Origin: Centroscyllium fabricii
Lineage: Eukaryota
Direction of reading: 5' to 3'
Length of the DNA: 64,000 nt
NCBI GenBank assembly: GCA_051313645.2
Contig: JBNRSN020000001.1
Location: 125,116,001-125,180,000, forward strand
Notes under the pieces: generated by a model
Databases searched by the model: none
Seen by the model: the letters and a program-made list of their open reading frames with translations, nothing else
What the model was told of the DNA's origin: nothing
Program-made: the position numbers and the translations under genes
Part shown: one piece after another, positions 50,531 to 64,000 of the stretch
Layout: every line of letters starts with the position of its first letter
How positions within the stretch are numbered: position 1 is the stretch's first letter

Positions 50531-50960
50531 GTGTCAGCCTTGGCTCAGTCGGTAGCACTCTTGCCTCTGAGTCCAGAAAATTTGTGGGTTTACGTTCCAC
50601 TCCATGAAACTTGAACACAAAGTCTAGGCTGACACTTCAGTGCAGTACTGCAGGAGAGCGCTACTGTTAGGGGTGCTGTCTTTCAGATGAGATGTTAAAC
50701 TGAGGTCTCTCAAGGAGATGTAAAAGATCCTATTTGAAGGAAAGCAGCAGACATCTCCCTGGTGTCTGGGCTAATATTTATCCCTCAATCTACATCACGA
50801 AAACAGATTATCTGCTCATTATTTAATTGCTGTTTGTGGGACCTTGTGTACAAATTGGCTGTTGCATTTCCTACATGACAACACTTCAAAAGCACATCAT
50901 TGGCTACAAAATGCTTTGGGATGTTCTGAGGTTGCGAAAGGCACTATATAAATGCAACTT
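50531..50960 (+). mobile_element. SacSINE1/Deu-SINE, near full length
   Basis: GTGTCAGCCTTGGCTCAGTCGGTAGCACTC head through the GAAAGGCACTATATAAATGCAA tail. Confidence 0.8.
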
Positions 50961-52671
50961 TTCCATCTCTTTCCACTTTTATAATCTAACTTTCCTGTGC
51001 GTGCAACCTTGATTGCAAGCCTTCCTCTTGTCCCATTATATACCCAAACCATTTTGCTTGCTTTCAGGTGCATGAACCATAACTCGGTATACCCCACCAT
51101 TGTGCTGTTATGAAAACAGTTGCCACAGCTTCCATTGCTCCAACGAAATTAGACTCTTTGTCTAAAAAAAATCAATGGATACCAAAGTTACCCTATTCAT
51201 TACCTGCATTGAGGATGATTCCAAGGCAGTTCATTTGATATGCAAGTTATTTGACACTTATTACAAACATACTCATATACACACAATAGAGGGGCCCACA
51301 CAGCCGAGCAGTTAGATCTCAGATAAAATATAATATTTCTGGTAAATTCATATGCAGTACATCAGATAGACACAGAGTAACCCTATAATCCCATTCTGCA
51401 GGGTTTACAGATACTGTAGAGGTTGAGAAATAAGAAGTCAGATGATATTGACAGGATAGCACCATTAATAGGATTCCGAACTGCTTTATTGACAAGACAG
51501 TGCCGTTAATATGGTCTACTATATTACATTGACAAGAAAAATCTGGCAATAGAATTCTTTCTGTGCTGTAATTGACAGGGAAGCCCTTTCAATAGGGTCT
51601 TAATGCGCTTTTTATTGACAGCATACCTACTGCTAAGTACATATCTTTGCTGAATGATGTAAATACGCTGAATGCCACAATACAGCCAAGCCAACAGCTT
51701 GGCGCTGTTGGGTTGCAAAATAAAAGAATGAACTGACATGTATGAAAAGCCATGTCATATCATGTTCATAAAAAAAATTAATAACATTGTCAACAACCAC
51801 TCCAGTATCCTAATACAATTTGACATATTCCACGTTCTTCAGAATAGATAAAGACAAAACAAAGTGATTTTTCAGCACTGAGGGTGTTTCTTGACAGCTG
51901 TTTCTGCTCTGCAGACTTTTAAGTGTTTTAGACATTGTGTGAAATTCATTGAACTCGCTTAGTCTTGAGTTATCTTAACCCTATCACACACAAAGCAAGT
52001 GGACAGCTGGGAGTTCTCACTGGAATGTAGTGGTTAAAAAAAAGGTTGCAGCAATTCCAGTTTCTCCCCACATGAAAGTTCACATTTAGCAGGATTTTGA
52101 GATAAGATAATATATCAACCTAGACTGTGAAGATTTAAGTACCCGATGAATTTGCTGTGTGGCACTGATCTTCATTATTTCATGGCTTTCAGTAGATTTT
52201 CTAAAACTATGGTCATTATTGCAAATAATTCCGATTTCTAGGATTGCTACTTGGAAAGCATTTTCCAAAATATCTGCGGCTTTACTGAAAAGGGAGAATG
52301 AATGGATAGGAGAAATAACGAGCATATAATGGTGTTTATTTCATCCTGGGTAGGGCATGTGCTCTGTTGAAGCTTCCGTTGCGAAGCCTGTAAAAGTAAA
52401 GGTGAGCCATTGAAATGAGGAGATTGATCTCTTTATTTATCTGTTTGTTTGCTCCGCCTCTCTCTTTAAATGAGGTATTCTGAATGGTGAATGAGACCAT
52501 AACCTGGCTCATTAGAGCTAGTTTAGAACAGGATCCTATTTGTATGTCACAAACAGGAAACCTGAAATACCAGTAAGCAACTAGTGGAGCAGTGTTAGGA
52601 GAAATAAAGTAAGATGGAAAACTGGGTATGTACATTTATGAGATCTCTCCGGATCATCTTGGTCGTGCCTA

Positions 52672-52915
52672 GAATCATAGGAACACTAGGAATAGGAGGA
52701 GACCATTCAGCACCTCTAGCTTGCTCAGTAATTCAATGAAATCATGGCTGATCTGCACCTGAACTCCATTTACAATTTTTTGCTCGATATCCCATGATAT
52801 CCTTACCTAACAACATTCTACCTCTCTCGGTCTTGAAAGCTCCAATTGTCCCAGCATCCACAGTGTTTTGGGGGAAGAGTTCCAGTTTTATTAGAGGAGA
52901 GAGTTCCAGATTTTG
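52672..52915 (-). mobile_element. CR1 3' tail fragment
   Basis: Reverse complement of a CR1 tail (GATCAGCCATGAT...GAATGGTCTCCTCCTATTCCTA). Confidence 0.6.
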
Positions 52916-55511
52916 GATGCCTACTTTAGTTTATTCCTGGACGATAGAAGAAAGACTTGGTGATAGAATTTCCTTGATGGGCGAATGCGAGGTCCATCAT
53001 AGACAACTTGTAATCATGGCAAGGTAACAGTATTACACTGCGGCACGTTAGTACAGGCTAAGCAGAGAAAATTACCATCTGCCCAGGAAAAGCCGAAACA
53101 CTGTTGGGCATAAAGTCAATCGGAGGTATAATTTTACACATGGAATCACAGATCACCTGCATTCTCCTAGCATGTCAGTAAACCTGAATTTTTTGATGAA
53201 GAGATCCGTGTTATGTGATCAATGAACTCTGGGACAATTGGAAAAACTGCTATTTACTCCAACTCCTGTTTGACTTCTTCTTGTTGCAAGGACCTCACAT
53301 GGCAAAAGGCTCTGTCACCTGAGAACACAATATGACATGGATGGCTAACCAGTGTCAGAAAATTCCCTTCATCTGCAATGAACCCAAGGCAAAGTCAGTT
53401 AATGCTAGTGTGACCTTCACATGAACAGGCAGAGCATGACTCCTGGGAGTGCTAGACTTCAGATGCCCCTGAAGCTCAGTAGGCCAATGCTGCACCAGAA
53501 ACTGATTTACCCTACACCCGCTGGTTAATTTGACAGCTCCCTCTGCTCTAGAAAGTTAGCCCAGAGAGCAACATTCACAAGTGGAGGGATAATAACCATG
53601 TGTCAAATGCAGTACAGTGATTAATATTGTTTCTATGGAAGTAACAGAATTTTTATATAATTTATTGTCCAACAATTAGCCGAACAGCAAGTTTTAGTGA
53701 CCAGGACTGAAATGTTAATTTGTGTGGACACATGTCACTTAAATATTTAATGGTTAAATTCAGCATCACCTACATGTAGGGATCCAGTTTCTGTGGTGGT
53801 CACTGACCTGCAAACCCAAATAGTGATTGTAGAGCATATATACGAATATGCAGCAGCATGTTTATTACATAGTGTATATAGTTATTGACCAAAAACCAGT
53901 ATCCAAATGTCACAGTACAGGAAACTCTTTGGTATCTGGCACCGATGAGACCAGCGTGTTGCCGATTGATCAAAAATTCCAGATGACGGGGAGGGTTATC
54001 TACCGAGGCTATTTTTAAAAAAGAAAAAAAATCAAGAAATGTGCAGTATACAGTAATTTGGTATTCACCTACAGAATGTTGTGTTAAATGGATGGTGGAA
54101 GATGCTTGATTAAGTACAGTACTGCCAGTTGAGGGTAATGCAATGCAATGACTACCAGCAGCGTGAGAGACTCATAGTACCCCTGTAAAATAGCAGATCA
54201 GAAGAGACTACCGGCAGCGCGGGAGAGCCAGACTCCTGTTACAGGGGTTTGGAGGTATTCGGATCTCCGCCAGCGCCAAGACGCCGAGTAGTGGCAGTTT
54301 GGAGAACTACTCCCACTGACTAACTCAGCCACCGCGGGAGACTCGGACTCGGCAACATTGCTGGTTATTGAGGTGTTGTTTTCGGAGTGAGAATTTTGCC
54401 AGTTAATAGAGAATACCGGATATGTAGGTGCCGGTTAAACAAGAGTCTCCTGTATTGTATGCATAATTTCTTAATATCATGGAGTACAATAAATAAACCA
54501 TCTTTTTGAAATATCTAGCGTATTTACAAAACTCACATCTTTACACTTGGAATATTCTAAGAAATAATATTTAACATCAAAGAATAAAGGTACAAACATC
54601 TATTAATGTCTTAAACAATTAAAGTGGTACTTCATGGTTAACCCTTTGTATTAGCATTTAGACACTAAAATAAGTGATTCCTGTATCTTTTCTGACACTA
54701 CATTGAAGGCAGGGATTTTGCATGGTTATTTAGTTCCGTGCGATTCTGTTTCACAGTATTCCACTTTAAAAATTATGGGGTGGTGGATTTTTACAGTTGT
54801 TTAACAAAAAGTATGATTACTTTGAAAGTTGCAAAGTCACCTGGGGAGCTTAACCTCCCCCGAGCACTGCCTAACATGTTCACACATCGTTCTTTGTGTG
54901 TTACTTTAACAGTCATTCATCCAATTATTTTAAACAGACTGAAATAATTCACAAATAAATTAGACACAAGCACATTAACCAGTACTCTACCAGAAAAAAT
55001 TAAAGCCCTCTCTGTTTTGAGGGGGGGAAATGCCATTCCAGTTCTGTGAATTATATAATTACATCTGAAACAAATCTAATGGAACAATGAACATATTCTA
55101 AATTGTAAGGTGATAATTTTCTGCATTTCAAGAGACATTTTTAGCAATTGTAGTGCTAAAGGTAAAACTGATGAATTGAAATCCTATCCCGGAATTGCTT
55201 GATGCTGACGGAGAGCCAATGTTCCTCCTTAGCGCATGCACGCTCTAATTCAAATTCAACAGAAAAAAAATACATTTTATTTTTGATAGTTGCATTGTTT
55301 AACCTAGCAAAATTCTTGCCCTGTAGTAATCTGTTTGTTTAGGATATGCAATTATAGAGGCAGTTTAAAGAAAATAAATTATAGTGTACAAATCTAAAGA
55401 TAAAAGGGAATTTTTGAATTATTAATCATTTTCCTCTAGGAAATTTTGTTTCAAGCTAGGAGATTTTAATATGTACCAATATACTTACATTTCCTCATCT
55501 ATTCTTCACAG

Positions 55512-55570
55512 ACAGACAATTTTCCCGCAGAGCCCAATTACATGGGCAGCAGGCAGCAGTTTGTTCAAAG
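55512..55570 (+). CDS. PCDH17: PCDH17 coding exon 2 (59 bp)
   Basis: ttcacag|ACA... encodes TDNFPAEPNYMGSRQQFVQS; donor AG|gtaagt. Phase fits exons 1 and 3. Confidence 0.95.
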
Positions 55571-55688
55571 GTAAGTCCTATTAAATGTTTTGCTCAGCCA
55601 TTACATTTGCATTCCTGTCTGCATTGCTCAGTCAGACCAAATTACTCAAAATTGATGTGGTGACGAACAGTGGTGTCTTTTGTTTCAG

Positions 55689-55861
55689 TAATTCCACGTT
55701 CAAAGATCCAGAGAGGGTGAGTTTGAGGGACAGTGGACACGGAGATAGTGACCAAGCCGACAGTGATCAGGACACTAATAAAGGCTCCTGCTGTGACATG
55801 ACTGCCAAGGACGCACTCAAGATAAAATCTGTGACAACCAAACCCCCAGTCCCCGAACAAG
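55689..55861 (+). CDS. PCDH17: PCDH17 coding exon 3 (173 bp; CM1 motif)
   Basis: tttcag|T AAT... encodes NSTFKDPERVSLRDSGHGDSDQADSDQDTNKGSCCDM...PEQ; donor G|gttagt. The final exon (CM2) is not in the window. Confidence 0.95.
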
Positions 55862-56404
55862 GTTAGTTAAAGCTGTAATAACTCAAAAGCAAAAAGCTCT
55901 AAGCTGCACCGAACATTTTTGAAGAGGAAATTTGATGTTTCGTCCCCCATTAAAAACGTGGCAGAGACAGATTATTTTTATTGTGGCCGATGGAGAGAGG
56001 ATCCATTGACAATAGTAATGCTGAACAGATGATTTTTTTTTAATCATTCCTGCTTCAAAAATTGGTCACTTTGTTCCATTGGAACCTGAATTAAGTTCAC
56101 GATTAAAAGAGCTGATGGGAAGATTTTGCAAATTCACACCTCCATCGCGGCACTTTATGTGCCCAGAGCAGAATTGGGAATTCAGGCACAGAGGCTAATG
56201 AGCACAGCAGGATTCCCCATGGGCAATACGTGGGAAATCCTGCAGGATGTACCGACCTCTGTATCCTCGGTACCTGATGTACATTCACATTTTGTGAAGC
56301 CGTGAAGGGCAAATTTGTAAAATCTACCCTTGGATGTCATATTGATACATCAATTTTTTAATGAAATTAACTCTACTGCCATATGTTGCATGTAACTAAA
56401 AGGT

Positions 56405-57012
56405 GGGGTAGAAAGTGGACCATGTTGCGCCCAATTTCCGGTCACGTTAGGGAGGGAAAGGTCCAATTTTGTCCTGCATGCCAAGAGTGCCTGAAATACA
56501 TCCAATACTATATTAGCTTGGGTGATATTCAGGCATCCCGGGCGGCTGCCTGAAACAGGTGGTCGACTGCTTGCATACGCTAATGAGGGGCCCAACACTT
56601 GTTTCCGGTTTCCTCTCAGAATTTCATCCATTTTGGTTCCATATGCAGCCTAACCAATGATCCTTAAAGGGCTGCCAACAAAAAGGTAAGTTTTCCTTTG
56701 TAACTCACCATGTGGAGCATTTTTGGTCCTCCTGTCTCCACAGCAACACTGCAGGCCACTACCGGTGCCTGCACTCACTCACATCCCATTTGTGTCCACC
56801 CCCACAGGAACTAGCTGAAGGCCGCTGCCAGCATTCCAGCCAGCCCATATTGGTCTTCAGCAAGCTGGCAAGCAGCCCCTGGATGCCCAATCAGCATCTG
56901 CGGCTCGCCTGAATTACTTAGATGAAGCCTGAGGACAATTTGGGAGGAGCCTCGGGTCTCCAGCGTCTGGTGCTTGCACCAGGCGCGTTGCCTAGTTACC
57001 AATTTCTACCCT
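56405..57012. mobile_element. MITE (3-bp TSD type)
   Basis: TIRs GGGGTAGAAAGTGG / CCAATTTCTACCCT with probable TSD GGT. Confidence 0.6.
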
Positions 57013-58975
57013 GGTAACATGCCATTGTGTAGCCATTTTATTTTGTTGAGCTAAGTAATGTTGCTTGTGTTTATTTGTTTGGATACTTGGATCAAATGAG
57101 GATGTCATTTTACTTTGCTTCTTCTGAACTGTGCCTAGGAAGTGACTTGGCATCCCTTTCCTGTTTTGAAATAGTCAACAAAAAATGTTTTTTTATGCAA
57201 CTATAATTGAACATTGTTTAGAAAAAACACCCGGGGCAGTGAGACTGGAAAAAGTCAACATGAAAATGCAACATTTGGAAACAGAAATTGTGTCTCCCAT
57301 TAAAAGTTCTACAAAGAGAGCAGTTAACTTTTAATATTTAATGACTCACTGTGAGGATTTTCCCCCTCCATCAGTTTTAAAGTAGGCAGACTTTCCAAAG
57401 GAGAAGGTAGGTGGTATCCTCAAGGGGAAGTTGAACAGAATTTCCACTAAGAAGCAGCTTCCATAAGAGTATGACAGGTATTCCGCTCAGAATAACTGAA
57501 GAGTACAGCCAGCTCTGACTTCTGTGAACACCCTTGGGCTGTGTAACACAGTGAAGTTTTTATCAAAGACACCACAAATGAAGGGATTGTGAGCTATTCA
57601 CAAACTATCATATATTTTCCCACTTATATATATTGAGATGTGCAGGATAAAGGCTGATATAGTACATGTTGATACTCGATACTGGCAAAGCTCAGTACAT
57701 GTGCTTTGTAAAATATTCTGGGTTATCAACTTTTGAGATTTGCTAAAAAAAATGTAATATTCAGTCAGAAGCAAACCCCTAAATGTGCGCGCATGATTGC
57801 ACAACTTGGGAGTGCAGACATCGAGATAACTACCAGGATGCACAGGAGGTGGCTTTCCTATTGTAGCTCCTTTTTCATTGTTGTTTCTGATGTTGCTGCA
57901 AGCCCAGTTAAGTTTTGAGATCTATCATTTATACACTGATACATACAAATGTGACACGCTCTCCTAACTCTACAGACTTTTGTGTCTTTTTAAAAGCAAG
58001 CTCATTCCTGTCCACCCAGCCAGCAAAGGTGCTCAGTAAAGGTTCCCTCACGAAGTAAGAAACAGAAATTTGCAAAGAAAACACATTTTAAAAATAAAAC
58101 GAGAGAGACCAGATTGGTAGCTAATCTAATTTGATTGGTACAGGTTAGAAATAATAAAAACAAACCCTATTTCAAAGAAGTAGATCTAACTGAGCTTCTT
58201 AAAGTTTATTTTCAGAGAAAGCAAATTTTAAAGACTGTGGAAATGTATTCCAACTGGAATAACATTGTAGAGTAATGAAAATTTTAAAATAAAATATTCC
58301 TTTAGCCAAGGCAACTAGAAATTCAAATGCAGTGTACTTTGAATTCCCTTTTGATAGATATAATCTTAAGATCTTCCCCGAGTTCTCCAGCTGATTTGTA
58401 ACATAGTGCAGTGCATTAGAGATGATGGACATTTTACTGCTTGCCATACCGTCAGCCAAGACCACTTCTATAGATTTCAATAAAAGATTGTAATGGAGAA
58501 GCTTTTGAAATTATCTCACGAGCTCTATTTTCGAGACACTGCCAGACATCAATGGGGTTTTAGGGACTGTGTTCCAAACACAATCTATTTTCGGTGTAAG
58601 ATCTTATCACTGTCTCATAACGTTTTGAGTATCAGAAAGACTCACAGTAGCTTTACTTCATAAATTGAGCTTAGAATGCCCTGTTGTTTCTATTGAATTT
58701 AACATGCTTGCTCTGCTTTAAGTTTGAATTCACTTGAACCACAAATATATTTAAAATCTCAAACTGATGTTAATTGTTCACAATTAATGAAGGACTGAAA
58801 CCAAATCACATTTCACAGCTTTATGAGCCAAACAACCCTGAATAGGATTGACGAACATTTTTATACCTGTTTGTTGCCACCCAACCAATTAGCATTGTTA
58901 TCAGATCATAATTACGATAGTCCAGGATGTGATCTCCATTTTTTCCTGAAATATGCATAATATCATCATTAAGAT

Positions 58976-59395
58976 ATAGAATCAGAATCAAGTTTATTTG
59001 TCACATTCCATATACACAGTCTGCATAGATGGTAGCGAAATACCGTTTCTCCATAAGATCAAAAATGTAAATACAACAACATAAAAAGACACCTTAAAAG
59101 ACATAAAAAACATTAAAACATAGAGAGTAGCATAGCATTAAAAGTGCTAGTGCTTGATTTAAAGAGTACTGTTGTTGAAGTGCTATTTGTCTATTATCCC
59201 CTGTTATCGTTGAGGGGGAATGGAGGGCAACGCTGGGAGCGTGTTCAATGTTCTGATAGCTTGGGGGAAGAAGCTGTTACCCAGTCTGGTGGATCTTCCC
59301 CGGATGCTCCGTAGCCTCTTGCCCGATGGTAAGAGTGCGAAGTGGTGGTGGGATGGATGTGAGGGGTCTGCCATTATGTTGGTGGCCTTCCTGAT
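58976..59395 (-). mobile_element. Rex1/Babar-type LINE 3' fragment
   Basis: RKATNIMADPSHPSHHHFALLPSGKRLRSIRGRSTRLGNSFFPQAIRTLN, then GTGACAAATAAA and a (TTCTGA)-like tail. Confidence 0.8.
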
Positions 59396-59789
59396 TGAAT
59401 ATATAATAGAGTTATCAAGTAAAAATTGTACTGGACAGAAATACCTTATTGGTATGGGTAATGGTGGGTGATGTTTATGCACATTTCATTGGGTCATCCC
59501 ACGTCTGTTCTACAGAAGACTGCAGACATCATCACAATCACGGTCTGAACACAGAGACTGTTGGGGCGAATCCTGTGTGTCTGATACAGGACTAAGCAGG
59601 CTCACTGTCAGTGTTGACTCTGAAGAACCCAGGCTGCCTAGGAGGAGTGCTGCTTGTTTATGATGGTTTGACACAGATTATTTCTTCATTTCAATAACTG
59701 GTGGAAGTTTCAATTAAACAAAATAGGCTGCTTCTTGCTTTAGCACAGATGATACTATTTTAGCTCAGCTTTTGTTGCATTTTTAGAAA

Positions 59790-59950
59790 TTCATTCTCGA
59801 GATATAGGCATTGCTGGCAAGGCCACCATTTATTGCCTATCCCTAGTTGCCCTTGAGAAGGTGGTGCTGAGCCACCTTCTTGATCTGTTGCAGTCCATGT
59901 GGTGAAGGTACTCCCACAGTGCTGTTAAGTTGGGAGTTCCAGGATTTTGA
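59790..59950 (-). mobile_element. LINE 3' tail, same family as 19724-20105
   Basis: Reverse-complement match to 19945-20095. Confidence 0.65.
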
Positions 59951-61008
59951 CTTAGTTTGGATTGTTATCAAATTAATATCAGTGGACTTGATAAAAGTAA
60001 CAAAGGCGCTGCAGGACTGTAATGATGAAACATAACGAAGTGATTTAAAATTGTATCAGTTACTATATGCGGTGCGGGTCTCCAGCATATTCCCTGTCAA
60101 CAACAGCATTGCAGAGTCACTTTTCACAGCTGAAGAGGATTAGTCCCCTCCATGAGAGATTACACCTGACTGAATGATTGCAATTACTTAAAAATGGAGT
60201 CCTTCTAAAGGATCATGTTATTTAACGTGTGCACTTAAAGGACTTTGCTGTCGAGCTCTTTGTCACACTGTGTTAGCCGCTTTATCTGTCTGTTCTTAAG
60301 AGTAATGTCCCCTCCCAATAGGCCCCTTTTCTGTGATCTGATTGGTCCATCCATTAGGTGACAAGATCCAATCAACTTTAAGTGAAGCTCCATAAAACTG
60401 TTTAAAAAGTTTGAAAAAGAAAGTACCAAACAATCACGCTGTTACTAAACAGTTTTAAGAGCTGGTGGCAAATGAGCAATCATTGCGGGGGTGGACTATT
60501 TCGTAAACACTTGGCAGGGTAACTTTCAACTTACCGCTGAAGAATGAAATTGGCATTGTTGGTCAGGCTCCAGTTGCAGAAACTGTCTGATTTCCCTTTC
60601 CATTTATCAATTTGAAAATTACCCCCCTTGGCATCAATAAAAATTTTGCTGAGTATGGGCTTTCAAAATGTTATTTAAAATTAGACACAGAAAACAGTGG
60701 CACCACAGTCTGTTCAACAGCACTGTTTTTATGAAGCATTTAAACATGAAAAGTTAAAAAAATCAGTAAAAAGACTACAGGAGCTCTTCAAAAATAATTA
60801 AAGTCAGAGATTCACCAACCTGCTGGAAAAGATTAAATATAAATAAAATTGGGCTGCACAAATTTGGCACTTTGTAACCACAACTGAATCACCCCATGGT
60901 TCAATCCTAATGTCAATGCCAGTGTATATGAGTGAAAGGAATCCCTTACAAATGCTTACAGCACACTATCTTTACAATGACACAGAGCAAAAGCATAGAA
61001 GAGACTTT

Positions 61009-61740
61009 GGGTAAGATTTTTATTGGGCCGTGGAGGTGGGATTGGAGGCATGTGGGGGGGGGGGGTTAAAATCCCAAAACTGGGGGTCCCGAACCCACCC
61101 CGCCCCCAACCCATCTCCATGCCAGTTTCAAAGGAGGCGGGTACCCGACCTGTGCTGGGAGCCGCCTCCCCGAGGCGGGAAGGGGATTAGTGCCAATTAA
61201 CTGCCTGTTAACAGGTAGTTAACAGGCAGTTTTTAGCCTAATCCCTATTTTCATTGGTGAAATGTGTGATTCCCAATGGCTCCAAACCACGGCAAGTTAG
61301 TGAGGTGGGCCGTCGGGGTGAAGAGCTGAGTGATGGGTGCATTAGTGCAGAGGTAAGTGTGTTTGGTGTGTGTAAAGTGTTTAAACAAGTTCTACTAACC
61401 TTTACTTACCTTTACAGCTTTCCTTCCTTCCGGTCTCGAGAGTCCCTCATCTCACCGGCACAGAAAGCAGAATGGCCGCGAGCTGTCAGAAGTTACAGCA
61501 TTCAGCTTTCTGTTCCGGGGAGATCTCTAAATCATCCTGAGAGGAAGGAATTAACCTGGATTACAGATCATCAATATTTGACAGTTATAAACAGCTGTCA
61601 AACGCTGATATTTCATCTGTCAAAAGGTCCTGACAGATGAAATATCAATCTATGACGTCACCTGTTGCTGGGTGGCCCTTAATTGGCCTGCTGAGCCCGC
61701 TGGGCGGGCTCAACAAGATCAATCAAGCCAAAATTGCAGC
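61009..61740. mobile_element. Truncated MITE, inverted relative of 1550-2294
   Basis: Shared sequence; both copies yield the pseudo-ORF SFRSR.SLISPAQKAEW on opposite strands. Confidence 0.7.
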
Positions 61741-62989
61741 TAGCCTTTCTAGTACCTCTTCTTTATCAATGTTTATCCCATCCAGTCCTCTACCTCCACT
61801 TTCACTACGTCTATGGCAACATTTTCTTCCTTGGTGAAGACCAATGCAACGTACTCATTTAGCACCTCAGCCATACATTCTGCCTGAATGTATTCATATT
61901 TTTTTAATTAGTATTCTCTGAGCTGTTGCGACAGTCATCCAACAAGAGGAGGACAGGGTCATAGCAAATGGCTCGGCACAGGACAGGATTGGGGCAGATA
62001 AAGGTGTTGCAGGTGTGTGTAAGCTTCAACCCTGAAATCAACAGGTGAGAGGTACACTAAGACTCAGCACTGGGCTACATGAGCCAAACACAGTGTAAAT
62101 GAAGGTTTGCAAGGGAAGTCATATATACTTGAAAAGGAAAAACATTCCGGGCTTTGGGAGAAGGGTGGGGAGTGGGACTAATTTGACAGCTCTTTCAACG
62201 TGCTGGTACAGATACAATGGTTCCTTCTGTGCTGCAAGGTTCTATTATTCTGTGACCTGTATATCTTTTAAGAAAACACTTTTTTATGAGCAGCGATTGA
62301 GTTGGACACAGAAAGACATAGGCATAATAATCGCTGCAGGCTCTGCAATTTAAAAAGTACCTACCTGGACCACCAAGGCTGCCGCGATCCTGCACGATCA
62401 GCCCGGCACTAAAGCCGGGCAGGAAACCGCGAAAAAATCTAGAACAGGAAAGTTAAGTTTTTTCCCCACTTACCTTGGCCACCTCGCCTTTCATCATCGC
62501 CCCCGAAGCAGCCGGCTGCCCGATGCACGCCTGCTGCAGCTGTCGGTGTTTTTGACTGGCGCTGTTGCAGGGGGCAGATGTCAATTTCGGGTCTGGGGCA
62601 CTATTCAGGCGATGCACACAGCGATGATGTCATGATCTTCGGGCGAAGGAGATCAGGCCGCAACACTGTAGCAGTGCCGCAAAACTCCTGCTGAATATGG
62701 CGGGAGTCGATATCAGCACCATGCCTGGTTGCAAAGCCATGAGCGCTAACGGGAGGCGCAAAGGCAATCAATTTCACCCCCAATGTGAGAGAAGTGGAGA
62801 CAGCTACAAGAAGAGAGATGCACATTTTAAAATTAGTTCACAGGCCCTATTCTGGGAGAGAGCTGCAGAGATAAAAAAGGATTAGCGACTCAGTTGTGAT
62901 GGGGAGAAAGAGAAAGTCTGTTAGATGAAAGTGGAAAATAAATCCTGTGAGGGGCTTGGATAGAGAGCTGGAGAGAGCAGTGGCCCTTT

Positions 62990-63442
62990 TATAGGAACAG
63001 GAGTAGGCCATTTAGCCCGCCATTCAATGAAATCATGGCTGATCTGTGACCTAACTCCCTATTCCTTAAAACCTTTGGTTAACAAAAATCTATTAATCTC
63101 AGATTTAAAATTAACAATTGATTTAGCATCAATTGCCATTTGCAGAAGAGAGTTCCAAACCTCTATCACCCTTTGTGTGTGGAAGTATTTCCTAACTTCA
63201 CTCCTAAAAGACCTGGCTCTAATTTTTAGACTATGGCCCCCTAGTCCTAGACTCCCCAAACAGTAGAAATAGTTTCTCTCTATCTACCCTATCAGTTCCC
63301 CTTAATATCTTGAAAACTTCGATCAAATCACCCCTTAACTGTGTAAATTCCAGAGAATACAGCCCTAGTTTGTGTCATCTCTCCTGGTAATCTAACCCAT
63401 CGGCTTATCATTCTGGTAAAACTACGCTGCACTCCCTGCACG
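62990..63442 (-). mobile_element. CR1 3' fragment
   Basis: GHSLKIRARSFRSEVRKYFHTQRVIEVWNSL plus tail. Confidence 0.8.
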
Positions 63443-63444
63443 GC

Positions 63445-63760
63445 CCCAATCAAAGTCTCAAATGACATCCTCTGCAATTGTGACCATGGTGCGCTATCCC
63501 TCCCCATTTTCTCAACCACTCTGCAGCCTTTGAAATGGTTGACCGTGTTATCTTCCTCCAATGCCTCTCCTCCATCATCCAGCTGAGTGGGACAGTCCTA
63601 ACCTGGTTCCACTCTTACCTTTCCAGTTTTAGTCAGAGAATCTCAAGGAATTGTTTCTCTTACCATCCCCATCCTTTTGGTTACCTCTGGAATTCCCCAA
63701 GGATCTGTCGTTAGCCCCCTCCTATTTCTCATCAACATGCTTCCCCTTGGAAACATCCTC
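63445..63760 (+). mobile_element. L2 LINE RT fragment
   Basis: VTSGIPQGSVVSPLLFLINMLPLGNI (L2 RT motif). Confidence 0.75.
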
Positions 63761-64000
63761 CCCGATGTTTACGGGGAGGCGAGGAGGGCATGGGGAAGGA
63801 GTTCTGGATGGGAAATCTGGAAGTACGGGCTTCCCAGATGCCCTACAGAAATTAACTGGAGGACATACTTTACATTTTTTTCACCAGGTTTCCCGCCCAA
63901 CAGCCAGTCTGTTGGGCGGGAAAACCCTCGGCACATGGCCACAGCGTAAGATGTTCTGATTGTCTGACAGTTTTTAGAATTCAGAAACGTGGAACAGACA

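Noticed and set aside
55585-55866. 93-aa ORF as an extended exon 3
   Set aside because: The 5' part is intron 2; a canonical acceptor sits at 55688, and intron retention meets a stop right after exon 2.
1550-61740. Large inverted repeat bracketing the locus, as if a giant transposon
   Set aside because: Two diverged copies of one MITE family; no shared TSD, and the right copy lies within a PCDH17 intron.

Overview
Eukaryotic, vertebrate genomic DNA, almost certainly a cartilaginous fish (shark), judging from HE1/V-SINE, SacSINE1/Deu-SINE and HER1/CR1-type repeats. The one host gene is the 5' part of protocadherin-17 (PCDH17, + strand): CpG-island promoter at ~28.0-28.3 kb, large coding exon 1 (29274-31763), exon 2 (55512-55570) and exon 3 (55689-55861). 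The last exon lies beyond the window. The rest is mostly nested transposons: a decayed but full-length PIF/Harbinger (8326-12802), a decayed full-length Mag-type Gypsy LTR element (14298-19723), CR1/L2/Rex1 LINE fragments, SINEs and many MITEs. Intron 1 holds the two most unusual things. (1) An 878-bp TA-flanked TIR element (49496-50373) carries an intronless internal fragment of the cysteine desulfurase NFS1. (2) A ~10-kb C-rich 18-21-bp minisatellite (35661-45750) contains three same-orientation RTE-X-like non-LTR retrotransposons whose (TTGAA)n tails join the same TGAG position of the repeat unit, suggesting a satellite-targeting element. Family names come from recalled similarity, not from a database search. 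Boundaries of degraded repeats are approximate.
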